Virus record (IMG/VR): IMGVR_UViG_3300049740_002873
Span: 9,337-73,336 of that record
Direction: 5' to 3' (one strand)
DNA from: a virus
Length of the DNA stretch: 64,000 bases
Part shown: piece after piece, positions 1-8,457 of the stretch
How the letters are laid out: each line of letters opens with the position of its first letter
Numbering within the stretch: the first letter of the stretch is position 1
The notes under the pieces: generated by a model
What the model was told of the DNA's origin: nothing
Seen by the model: only the letters and a program-made list of their open reading frames with translations
Databases searched by the model: none
Program-made: the position numbers and the translations under genes

Positions 1-94
1 AATATTTCTGACTCTTTCCACTTCGCACCCAAAGAGCTCCAAGCTCTCTGCTGCGCCACTTTGATTCTTGTTTTTCTTCTGTTTGGTTTTCCAT
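1..94 (-). CDS. Partial hypothetical protein (N-terminus; DUF736-like GALW motif)
   Basis: Hand translation MENQTEEKQESKWRSRELGALWVRSGKSQKY..., running off the window edge; ATG lies 2 nt after the upstream stop. Confidence 0.6.
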   Translation of the reverse strand, partial: MENQTEEKQESKWRSRELGALWVRSGKSQKY

Positions 95-96
95 AA

Positions 97-267
97 TTAT
101 TGATTATACATGTTGGTTAATCCATTTAGGTATAAAGCTTGAGCCCCTTTACTTAGTCTGGAGTATTGTTTTTTCGCTCTTCTGTAGTTTCGTTTTTGAG
201 TTTCATCAATAACAGAAAGATCGATGTTTAAAATTTTTCTTATTTGCTTTGATTGTCTGCCGTTCAT
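97..267 (-). CDS. Small basic hypothetical protein (56 aa)
   Basis: Hand translation MNGRQSKQIRKILNIDLSVIDETQKRNYRRAKKQYSRLSKGAQALYLNGLTNMYNQ; lies directly under a consensus promoter. Confidence 0.7.
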   Translation of the reverse strand: MNGRQSKQIRKILNIDLSVIDETQKRNYRRAKKQYSRLSKGAQALYLNGLTNMYNQ

Positions 268-274
268 ATAAAAG

Positions 275-303
275 ATTATAAGATATTATTCTAGTAAAGT
301 CAA
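275..303 (-). promoter_or_regulatory. sigma70-type promoter TTGACT-N17-TATAAT
   Basis: Near-consensus hexamers with 17-nt spacer; ATG follows 7 nt after the -10. Confidence 0.8.
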
Positions 304-310
304 GATTTTT

Positions 311-1057
311 TTAAGAGAAAATACTACTTTCCCAGTCGAAGTGCCCGAAGTATATCTTCTCTTGTTTGCTTGGGTTTTTGTATCCTTTTGTTACGAAACT
401 ATTTATGTCTTCTTTAAATTGAGATATTATATTGTTTTGAGTTTTTTCGAAAGATGATTTTTTTAAAAGAAACTTTAAGTTCGAGCAATATTGACTGCTG
501 TAAAGTAAATCCGCATGCTTTAGTCTTGGATAAACTGTAGCATCGATCGATTTTCTTCTCGCAGAAAGCTCTAGGGCTTCGTTGTGATTGGGCATACTTA
601 ATTTTAAAACTTTATTTATTAATTTAATTAGAGGCTTATTGTATATGTAATGATATTTTCTAATGCTAAGATTGTCGCTAATACAAATTGATGTCTTATT
701 GTCTGTTGAAAAATATATAGACTTAATAATAGAGTTGGTGTTTAAATTATGTTTAATACTAAGATTGATTCCTCTTAATGATTTTTGATTGTGACCTTTA
801 AATATTTTTGTAACATTAGAATAGTATAATTTTTTGAATCTATTGTTGTCTGAAAATTTGTTTATAAAGTCCTCTAGATCTATAAGGTTGTATTTGTAAA
901 GTTTTATGTATAATTTTATTGCATTAATTTTTTCATCAAAATCAAATGCAAAGCCGTCTAGGCATTTACAGTTCTCTTTAAAGAGTAAAGATGTGTCCGC
1001 GAAACTGATAAGCTTTTTTGCCTGATCTGTTTCTGCTAAATAATCTCTAATTTTCAT
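311..1057 (-). CDS. Hypothetical protein (248 aa)
   Basis: ORF track; the ATG at 1057 overlaps the end of the upstream gene, so the start was moved from 1132. Confidence 0.75.
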   Translation of the reverse strand: MKIRDYLAETDQAKKLISFADTSLLFKENCKCLDGFAFDFDEKINAIKLYIKLYKYNLIDLEDFINKFSDNNRFKKLYYSNVTKIFKGHNQKSLRGINLSIKHNLNTNSIIKSIYFSTDNKTSICISDNLSIRKYHYIYNKPLIKLINKVLKLSMPNHNEALELSARRKSIDATVYPRLKHADLLYSSQYCSNLKFLLKKSSFEKTQNNIISQFKEDINSFVTKGYKNPSKQEKIYFGHFDWESSIFS

Positions 1058-1655
1058 TAACAATGTTCTCGAAAGAAGGGACGACTTTATTAAACTTATC
1101 TTTTGTTTTATTGTATAGCTTGAGCCACCCAAAACTTCTTCCTAGAAGCGGTAAAAATAAACAGTTTTTTGCCTCTATGCCATTATCTAGAGATAAGCTT
1201 GCTATAATACATCCTATATTCATTGAGACTGGTAGTCTTGATTCTAATTGTGTTGCAAACAAGGTATGTTTTCCTTGAAGGTCTCTAAATTTATTAAATA
1301 AATATGTTACCCTTGGATCTTCTCCTTTAATCGAGGGATGCCCAAAGCCTGGAATTTTTTTATTTTTGAAATTATTTATGACCTCGCTAGGCTCTAATAA
1401 ATAATTAGAGTCTAAAAATTCTGCAATTTGTCTTATTGGTAAATGCTCTGAGGTTATACAATTTAATCCACAAGAAATAGCTTGCGGTAATTCAGCCCCA
1501 CAATTTGCAGATAGAGCCACAGCTGCGGAGCTGGGAGGTTCATTGTCTATCGGGAACTCAATAAAAATTTCAGACAAGCTACTAAATAATTGAATTTGCT
1601 TATCTGAAACTAAATCTTTACCTGTTAAGTATTGTACTATTTCATTGAAGATCAT
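1047..1655 (-). CDS. Citrate synthase / citryl-CoA lyase-fold protein, degenerate
   Basis: IPGFGHPSIKGEDPRV matches the GFGH...DPR signature; PSSAAVALSANCGA helix; about 200 aa, similar to citryl-CoA lyase size. Confidence 0.75.
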   Translation of the reverse strand: MIFNEIVQYLTGKDLVSDKQIQLFSSLSEIFIEFPIDNEPPSSAAVALSANCGAELPQAISCGLNCITSEHLPIRQIAEFLDSNYLLEPSEVINNFKNKKIPGFGHPSIKGEDPRVTYLFNKFRDLQGKHTLFATQLESRLPVSMNIGCIIASLSLDNGIEAKNCLFLPLLGRSFGWLKLYNKTKDKFNKVVPSFENIVNEN

Positions 1656-2136
1656 CTGTATTAGCTAAAAATCTATAAGATAATAAATTTGGGTCAGCGT
1701 TGATTTTTGTTGCTATGCTATTAGCATTGCTCAAAGACGCTTCGTTGTTTTTTTTAATTTCAAAGATAAATTGCTTAATTCCTTTTTGTTTTAAAGCTTT
1801 TCCAATTTCAAGCCTAAGCTTTGACCCTATGCCTTTTCTTCTGTGCTCATAATGCACTAATGTAAGAACTCCACACGCTGCAGGTTTTTTAAGTTTATAC
1901 ATATTGTTTATTTTTGTACTACAAGTCGAAAAACCTAGTAAAGTGGAATCTTCAAACCAACCGAAGCATGGGTCATCATCAATGATGCAGGGTAAAACTT
2001 CAAGAAAAAATAAGGTGTTCGCGTTTTCTTCTGAAGCAACTAACTCTCCCACAATAAGATCATCTTCATGCTTTAAGCTTTCATGAATTAAATCTATAAT
2101 TTTTTCTTCGTCATCTGGAGTTAATTGCCTAATCAT
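1642..2136 (-). CDS. GNAT-family N-acetyltransferase
   Basis: Motif A VHYEHRRKGIGSKL; later NEAS motif; 164 aa. Confidence 0.85.
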   Translation of the reverse strand: MIRQLTPDDEEKIIDLIHESLKHEDDLIVGELVASEENANTLFFLEVLPCIIDDDPCFGWFEDSTLLGFSTCSTKINNMYKLKKPAACGVLTLVHYEHRRKGIGSKLRLEIGKALKQKGIKQFIFEIKKNNEASLSNANSIATKINADPNLLSYRFLANTDDLQ

Positions 2137-3108
2137 TTAAATATATTCCCACGCAGTTTCTTTTAATGAAGATAAATCTTGTCCTCCTGAGTAACTTATA
2201 GAGCTTTGAAGGTCTTGCGTGATTTCTTTAAGCTTGTGTTCATATGTCATGCTATTGTTTTTAATTTTATTAAGTTTGCCCTCTATATGATTTCGATGTT
2301 TTTTGTTTTCGTAGCTGGCAGATCCAAAATAAGCCTTGTGAAATTCTCCATTAATTTCTATAACCGAAGCTGGACTATCTGCACAACTCGCAAATAAACC
2401 ACCCGCCATAACCATTTCTGCTCCAGCTGCCATAGCTTTGGCGATATCTCCATTGCAAGATACGCCTCCATCAGCTATAATAGGAACTTTTTTAAAATCT
2501 TCATCAGTTTCTATATAGGCATCGCTACATTTTTGTACGCAACTAAACATTGGTACTGTAAACCCTGTCTTGTCTTTAGTTGTGCATGGAGAGCCCTGCC
2601 CTATTCCTACTTTAACTATATCTGCTCCGGCGGAAGCCAAATCAATAACACCCTGCCTCGTAGCAACATTGCCTGCAATAATTTTTGTATTTGGTAATTC
2701 TTGTTTAATAAATTTTATCATATTGATCATTTTTTTTGAATGACCATGTGCAATATCTATTGTTAGAAAATCGACATTATGTTCGCGTTTTTTTATTTTA
2801 TATATTTTTTCTTTATCTATTTCCTGAACTCCGACACTAAAAGAAATTGTTTTCCAGTTTTCTGAGTTTGCTGTTGCTACGTCTTCTGTAAGATCGTTAT
2901 CAAACCTATGCATTATATAAAAATAATCGTTTTCGCTCAGCCATTTTGCTAGGCTCAGGTTTATCACAGACTTCATATTCGCTGGAATAATTGGCAGCTT
3001 ATATTGTTTATCGAATAAACTTATGCTTGCGTCGCAAGCCGAACGGCTGTCACATTCGCTATACTGCGGAATTAAAACTATATCTGAATATTTATATTGT
3101 TTAACCAT
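2137..3108 (-). CDS. guaC: GMP reductase (type 2)
   Basis: PIIPANM, YFYIMHRF, TIDIAHGHS, IAGNVAT, KVGIGQGSPCTTK (catalytic Cys), PIIADGG, DLQSSISYSGG; no CBS domains. The start at 3108 overlaps the stop of the upstream peptide. Confidence 0.92.
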   Translation of the reverse strand: MVKQYKYSDIVLIPQYSECDSRSACDASISLFDKQYKLPIIPANMKSVINLSLAKWLSENDYFYIMHRFDNDLTEDVATANSENWKTISFSVGVQEIDKEKIYKIKKREHNVDFLTIDIAHGHSKKMINMIKFIKQELPNTKIIAGNVATRQGVIDLASAGADIVKVGIGQGSPCTTKDKTGFTVPMFSCVQKCSDAYIETDEDFKKVPIIADGGVSCNGDIAKAMAAGAEMVMAGGLFASCADSPASVIEINGEFHKAYFGSASYENKKHRNHIEGKLNKIKNNSMTYEHKLKEITQDLQSSISYSGGQDLSSLKETAWEYI

Positions 3109-3226
3109 AGAATTCATCGTCCTCTTTCTTTCTTACTCTCCAAGCTAGGTAACCAAAAAACGGGATTATAATAAAATCTCCTGGGAAAAATTCAAAATAT
3201 GATGCGGATGCTATTACTTCTATCAT
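3101..3226 (-). CDS. Small putative membrane peptide (41 aa), absent from the ORF track
   Basis: MIEVIASASYFEFFPGDFIIIPFFGYLAWRVRKKEDDEFYG; ATGA overlap with the upstream stop and ATGGTTAA overlap with the guaC start. Confidence 0.7.
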   Translation of the reverse strand: MIEVIASASYFEFFPGDFIIIPFFGYLAWRVRKKEDDEFYG

Positions 3227-3762
3227 CTAAATTCTTTCCTCAGTAATCTCCATCTGTCTGAATCTATAGGCTTATTGCCGTCATCTATAGCAAATAACAT
3301 TTCCACAATTTCGTCTACATTGTTATAAATATATTTATGAGGAAACATTCCTAGCATCCAAAGTGGAGTTTTTGATTTTCCGCCTTCCATACTTACGAAC
3401 ACAGGCTTTTTCTCTCTTACCGCTGTAACAATTTCTTCCGCACTCCCCCAGCTTGCGACTTCAGGTACTAAGTGAGCTATAATAAAATCGCTTCTATCGA
3501 CCAAGTTTAAGTCATAAGCTCGAACAGTTTTCATTCTTTCTGTAACCCTATCATACTGTTTTGTTCTCATCCAGGTTTCCATTTCTTGCCTGTTAGCTTC
3601 ATCCTCCTCTACGTCTTTAATAAATGGTTTTTTATAAGGATCAAAACAAGTTATGCTTAAAGGTTGTAGTTTCTCTGCAACATCTTCTCGCCAATTTCTG
3701 CCACTAACATATTGCATATGGCCAACCAGATAGCATTTGGTTTTATATAATAGATTTTTCAT
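3223..3762 (-). CDS. Nucleoside 2-deoxyribosyltransferase / nucleotide N-glycosidase-like protein
   Basis: CYLVG..WRE..FDP..DLNLVDRSDFIIA..GSAEEI..KKPV pattern of the NDT superfamily. Confidence 0.75.
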   Translation of the reverse strand: MKNLLYKTKCYLVGHMQYVSGRNWREDVAEKLQPLSITCFDPYKKPFIKDVEEDEANRQEMETWMRTKQYDRVTERMKTVRAYDLNLVDRSDFIIAHLVPEVASWGSAEEIVTAVREKKPVFVSMEGGKSKTPLWMLGMFPHKYIYNNVDEIVEMLFAIDDGNKPIDSDRWRLLRKEFR

Positions 3763-3769
3763 TCTTATG

Positions 3770-3798
3770 ATTTTAACATAAGAAAAATATAATGTCAA
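3770..3798 (-). promoter_or_regulatory. sigma70-type promoter TTGACA-N17-TAAAAT
   Basis: Perfect -35, TGn extended -10; ATG 7 nt downstream. Confidence 0.8.
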
Positions 3799-3801
3799 GA
3801 A

Positions 3802-5529
3802 TTATCTTGATGCGTTCGTATGAACGAAATATTGCGACTCAATTTCAGAATCAAAACTTAAGGTATATGATTGTGTCGATATATTTGATATATAGAATGG
3901 TAGGACTTGAGAATTAGAGGAAGACCAAGATGATATCGCAAATTTTTTCCAACCTTCTGCAGTCAAAACATGAAACTCGTTTTCGTCATAAAATTCGTCA
4001 CCTAGTATTCCCGCTTCTGTCCTGCTTGAAGTAGATAATTCAATTTCTCCCCATAGAGTTTCATCTATACATACATAGTATTTATTGTTATCAAAATCTG
4101 TATCACCCCTGTTAGCGTCTTCCCTGAATGACTCTGTCATAGTAACTCTTCGCCATGTATCTTGAGATACGCAAATATAATATTGAAAGCCGTCAATAAA
4201 TGTCTGACCAATGTCTCCTTGAGCCGAAGGACTGTAGGAGTCTTTTTGCTCTAATGAAGCTAATACTATAGGCGTATTTTCAAACGCTTGCGGAAACTGT
4301 ATATTGAAAGAAGAAGCGCCTTCAATAATTTGCGTTGAGAAGGATTGAGATTGTGTTTTGTTTGTTGATTCTGAGTCAGTCGTTCTTGCATGTACATGTA
4401 GCGTATAGTTTTCGTTTTCTAATTGTTCGTTAAGTTTTAAATTAAATTTAGATGCAGAAATGTTTGAAAGGTTAAAAAACTTAAGATCTCCATTTTGGTT
4501 TTGCAAGGTTGTAGACACTACTGGCAGAGAACCAAAAGTCTTTGGGAAATCAATTTCATAAATATCGCTGCCAGAAGGTAAGTTTACATTAAAATTCATA
4601 GATTCATCATAACCTTGAGGGGCAACTCTATGCCAGTCTCCATCTGATCCAGTAATATATAATTCACCTAAGTAAGATTGTCCGCTGATATTGATATCTC
4701 CACCAAAATCTTCTTGATTAAAAATTAATCTACCTTCATTATTGAATTTTAATTTTTCTTCTGAGTTTATAAAAAATGATGCTTCGTTTGAATTAATTTT
4801 GATTGATTGTCCAGACGCTTTTAGTTCTATATCTGAAGGCGAAAGATTGATTGCGGAAGTTTTTTCGGAGTTTCCAAAAATTGATCCAGAAACTTGAATT
4901 CCCGAATTAAAAGAAGCATCGCTATAAAAATTAGCCAAACCTTCAGATATTAATTCTCCAGAAATGTTTACGCTTCCATCTGTAGAGATTCCTGATTCAA
5001 AAAAGCCGGAGCCAGAAATGAAAATGTTTTGATTTGCTATTATTGAGTCTGATACAATGTCTTCAGAAAATGACGTGCCTTCCTGGGCAATTAGTTTTCC
5101 TTCAATTTTGACATCTCCTTGGACGTGAAAATCATGAGTTGGCTCTCTTAATCCGTCTACAAAGTCTGAACCAATTCCTAGCTTATTAAAAATTCCAGTC
5201 TCTCCTCTTACTACATATCCGCTAATATCTCCAGTAAACGTAGTATCTATTATTTCGTCCATAAAAACTACGTCGTTAAAAGTGCATGTATCTACAAAAG
5301 TTTTTTCTCCAGAAATTATTTGATCTCCGCCTAATGTTACAGAGTGGCCAACAATAGAGCTTGCTAAGTTTTTGAATGTAATTTTTTCACTCTTGATCCC
5401 TGACCTAGAAACGACGAATAAAACATCGTCGTCATTGCCTTCTGTTTCTGGAGCAGGCACAAATGCAGCTTCTGTTCCATGTAAAAAATTTATTTCATCG
5501 AAGCTAGATACTCTGTTATTTGTTGCCAT
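3802..5529 (-). CDS. Virion fibre-like protein with two H-type-lectin/gp53-like beta domains
   Basis: DQIISGEKTF fibre motif; IDFPKTFGSLPVV and IQFPQAFENTPIV domains; paralogue of 5530..6888. Confidence 0.65.
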   Translation of the reverse strand: MATNNRVSSFDEINFLHGTEAAFVPAPETEGNDDDVLFVVSRSGIKSEKITFKNLASSIVGHSVTLGGDQIISGEKTFVDTCTFNDVVFMDEIIDTTFTGDISGYVVRGETGIFNKLGIGSDFVDGLREPTHDFHVQGDVKIEGKLIAQEGTSFSEDIVSDSIIANQNIFISGSGFFESGISTDGSVNISGELISEGLANFYSDASFNSGIQVSGSIFGNSEKTSAINLSPSDIELKASGQSIKINSNEASFFINSEEKLKFNNEGRLIFNQEDFGGDINISGQSYLGELYITGSDGDWHRVAPQGYDESMNFNVNLPSGSDIYEIDFPKTFGSLPVVSTTLQNQNGDLKFFNLSNISASKFNLKLNEQLENENYTLHVHARTTDSESTNKTQSQSFSTQIIEGASSFNIQFPQAFENTPIVLASLEQKDSYSPSAQGDIGQTFIDGFQYYICVSQDTWRRVTMTESFREDANRGDTDFDNNKYYVCIDETLWGEIELSTSSRTEAGILGDEFYDENEFHVLTAEGWKKFAISSWSSSNSQVLPFYISNISTQSYTLSFDSEIESQYFVHTNASR

Positions 5530-6888
5530 TTAATTTAACGTTTGTTTGTTTTTTGTTGATAATGTTGTGTGTACTATATAGTCTTCTTTAGTGGGTTCAT
5601 TAAAAGCTATTTTATATTCTGTTGTATTTACACCTGATATTATATACAGTGGAACATGTTGATTTCCCTCTATAGATGTAGAAACTGTTGGTTTTTCTAG
5701 AAAAGGTTCTGGGTATGTGATTGTTTCAGAGATTTTACCTGATGCAATAGGCTCATGAAATCTATAAATACCTTGGTTGTTTGTAGAAAAATCTCTTTTA
5801 GAGTCGCTCATGGCTGTAATTTTTACATAAGAATCTTCGTCGGTTGGTTCGTCTATTTTTAACAGCAGACTATTTGTTGTTACGCTTGAAATCAATATTT
5901 TATTTGAAAAGTTCTTGGAGCTGCTTACGCAAGCCGAAATAACAGGTTTGAATAAAAATGTTTTAGGTAAGTTTATTTCAAATTCTTTTAAATTGCTTTT
6001 TAGCTTTTGAGAGAACGTTACTGATTCATCTCCTGCTGGAATAATTTTTTGGTGATCTCCGGTAATAATAGCAAAACTTTCTGTAGAATATCCTGTGTTG
6101 TAAGTATAAATCGCTCCCGCAGGACTTTGACTTGTGGAGTTAAGAAAATTATCTTTATTTAAATATAAGTGTCCAGATAGGTCTATATAGTTTTCTTGAT
6201 TATTTATATCCACAACTTTTTGTCCGTCTTTTTCAATAATAAAATCTTCTTTTATATTTAGTTTATAATTTTGATTTACTTCTATTGGGTGGCTGGTATT
6301 AATATTTGCAAAAAATGCTGATTCGCTGTTGAATGCAGCTTTGTCGCTGCAGTCTAATTGATTTGTTTGCAAGTTGTTTGAGTAAATGTTTTGATTTATT
6401 TGAATGTTTTTTCCTGAGCAAAAATTAGCATTTATATTTTTTAAGGTTTCTGTTTTATTTCCCGCAGATATTCCTGAAGTTACAGATAACCCTGATTCAG
6501 GAGCAAAATTTCCTTTGAAAGTGTTTTCGGGTACGGCTTTAAAGAATCCAGATTGAGAAATTACTTTGTAGCCGCTGAGGACTGAGTCGTCTGCGGGGCC
6601 ATGAAGCTGAGAAATATTTGTGCGTTTTTGTATTCTGCATGGGTCTGAAAAAGTTTTTTGCCCGCTTATAATTTGATCTGTATATCTATCCGCGTGGTTT
6701 TTATTGATTGAGCGAGATAGGTTTGAAAAAGAAATTTTATGATTGCTCTGTTTTTCTTTAGCTAAAAGAAAAAATACCTCGTTTTCTGCAATAGATTCTG
6801 TAGGTGTTTCCAAATTTTCTTGATTATTAATTTGGGATACAGATAAGGTTGATGATTCATCTAGTTCTGATATTCTTTTATTTGGCAT
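5530..6888 (-). CDS. Virion fibre-like protein, tandem paralogue of 3802..5529
   Basis: KRISELDE start, DQIISGQKTF, INLPKTFLFKPVI and ITYPEPFLEKPTV domains. Confidence 0.65.
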   Translation of the reverse strand: MPNKRISELDESSTLSVSQINNQENLETPTESIAENEVFFLLAKEKQSNHKISFSNLSRSINKNHADRYTDQIISGQKTFSDPCRIQKRTNISQLHGPADDSVLSGYKVISQSGFFKAVPENTFKGNFAPESGLSVTSGISAGNKTETLKNINANFCSGKNIQINQNIYSNNLQTNQLDCSDKAAFNSESAFFANINTSHPIEVNQNYKLNIKEDFIIEKDGQKVVDINNQENYIDLSGHLYLNKDNFLNSTSQSPAGAIYTYNTGYSTESFAIITGDHQKIIPAGDESVTFSQKLKSNLKEFEINLPKTFLFKPVISACVSSSKNFSNKILISSVTTNSLLLKIDEPTDEDSYVKITAMSDSKRDFSTNNQGIYRFHEPIASGKISETITYPEPFLEKPTVSTSIEGNQHVPLYIISGVNTTEYKIAFNEPTKEDYIVHTTLSTKNKQTLN

Positions 6889-6902
6889 AGCGGACTAAGT
6901 TT

Positions 6903-6931
6903 ATTACACTAAAGAAAATAAATAGTGTAAT
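6903..6931. promoter_or_regulatory. Back-to-back GTGTA putative late promoters (9-bp inverted repeat)
   Basis: ATTACACTA-N11-TAGTGTAAT between the divergent genes starting at 6888(-) and 6943(+). Confidence 0.7.
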
Positions 6932-6942
6932 GTCTATTTGAA

Positions 6943-8454
6943 ATGTTTAGTCATAAAGCGAAGTTAATTCTGGATTCAATTCAAAATGAAGCTAGTGCGG
7001 GTGGTGCATCTTTTACTAGATTAACTCATGAAAGGATTGGCGTCGCAATTAGTAACTCACCTGGATATAAAATTGCAGATTCAGAAATGAATAATCTTAT
7101 GCGAATTCAGTCTGCAAGCTATTCTATAAATCAAAACCCTGTTCAGATAAAATCGGTGGGGTCAGATGATATTATTAAAATAGATGGGCAGGCTCCTGTG
7201 GTTAGAAGTCCGGATGTTCAATTTTCTCTCTCTTACCTTTTTTGTGAAGGTCATAATGAAAACACAATAGGCTTTTATTTGGGGGACGATGGTTCGGTTT
7301 TCAAGAATTATTTAAGCGATTTCTCTGGCGACGATGTGAATATATTTATTGTTGCATCTAACACTGATACAAGTAGAGACTTGAATCTTCAACCATTGGG
7401 AAGTTTTGATGGTTTCAATGTAATTGGTATAGGTAATGCATTTTTGCAATCCTATGAATATCAAGCTTCTGTAGGCAGTTTGCCCGCATGTTCGTTATCT
7501 TATATAGGTTCTAATGTTGAATATAACGCCTATGATTCTGGCTCATTGCCAGAATTTCCTTCGTTTAAGTTGGGTGTAAATAATTTAAAATCTCCTGAAA
7601 AATTTAGTATAGATGATAATACTTTTGATAGCTATTTTGATTCTGAGCCTTCAGTTATAAAACCTGGAGAAATACAAGTAAGATTCACTAAGACAAACGG
7701 GTCTCGAGGAGGCAGCTTCATAGAATCTATTGATGCCGCAATACAGAGCATATCAATTAATGTTGGTCTAGACCGTCAAAATATATATGGTTTTGGTAGT
7801 AACATGCCTTTTGATAGAAAATTTAAATTACCTATAATTGGAGAAATGTCTGCAGAGTTTGTTATTAGGGGGTTTAATCAAGATCAGATATCTAGTTTTT
7901 TTGACAGAAATAATATATTTGATATTAAAATATTTCACCCTATTAAACCTAGACTGTCTGGCTCAGAGGGTTCAAGGTTGTATCAAAATGGATTTTTATA
8001 TTTTGCTGTGGCTGATGGGATATGGAGAAGATCCGCTGGAGTTTTAGCTAATTCTGTAGCTAATTATAATCAGGTTAATATTAATGAATACAATGATTTT
8101 TTTAGTTCTGAATTTTATTTTGCAAATACAGGTAATAATTCATGGATTAAGATTCCCTTGTCTTTAGCTAATCTAGAAAGAGACGGAGAAGTCGGTGATA
8201 TATTTCACGATGTAATTAATTACTATATTAAAACATCTCAGGGTTGGAAAAACTTTCCACTGTCCGAAATTAATCCTGGAGAAATTGATAGAAGCGATGC
8301 TTTTCAAATAGCTAAATATTTAGTTTACGAAATTAACGACGCACAGCTAAATCAAGAAGCTTTTTCTTTCGCTATTGAAAAAAATGCCACAATTTCTTGT
8401 GGCATTAATTTTCCAGTTTCTAAAAGTAGAGGCCTTAAGGCCTATTTGATATAA
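6943..8454 (+). CDS. Tail tube protein paralogue with inserted repeat cassette
   Basis: Collinear similarity to 8458..9708 (RIQSASYS/RVQSANYS, IGIGNAFL/IALGNGFV, VGSLP/VGAMP, KPGEI/RPGDI, IQSISINV/IQSVSIDV). Confidence 0.7.
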   Translation: MFSHKAKLILDSIQNEASAGGASFTRLTHERIGVAISNSPGYKIADSEMNNLMRIQSASYSINQNPVQIKSVGSDDIIKIDGQAPVVRSPDVQFSLSYLFCEGHNENTIGFYLGDDGSVFKNYLSDFSGDDVNIFIVASNTDTSRDLNLQPLGSFDGFNVIGIGNAFLQSYEYQASVGSLPACSLSYIGSNVEYNAYDSGSLPEFPSFKLGVNNLKSPEKFSIDDNTFDSYFDSEPSVIKPGEIQVRFTKTNGSRGGSFIESIDAAIQSISINVGLDRQNIYGFGSNMPFDRKFKLPIIGEMSAEFVIRGFNQDQISSFFDRNNIFDIKIFHPIKPRLSGSEGSRLYQNGFLYFAVADGIWRRSAGVLANSVANYNQVNINEYNDFFSSEFYFANTGNNSWIKIPLSLANLERDGEVGDIFHDVINYYIKTSQGWKNFPLSEINPGEIDRSDAFQIAKYLVYEINDAQLNQEAFSFAIEKNATISCGINFPVSKSRGLKAYLI

Positions 8455-8457
8455 TAT

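Noticed and set aside
2137-3108. IMP dehydrogenase (guaB) assignment
   Set aside because: Length, lack of CBS domains and the PANM, HRF and CTTK motifs fit GMP reductase
3771-3798. XerD-like arm TTATGTTAAA on the minus strand
   Set aside because: No matching XerC arm; fully explained as a sigma70 promoter
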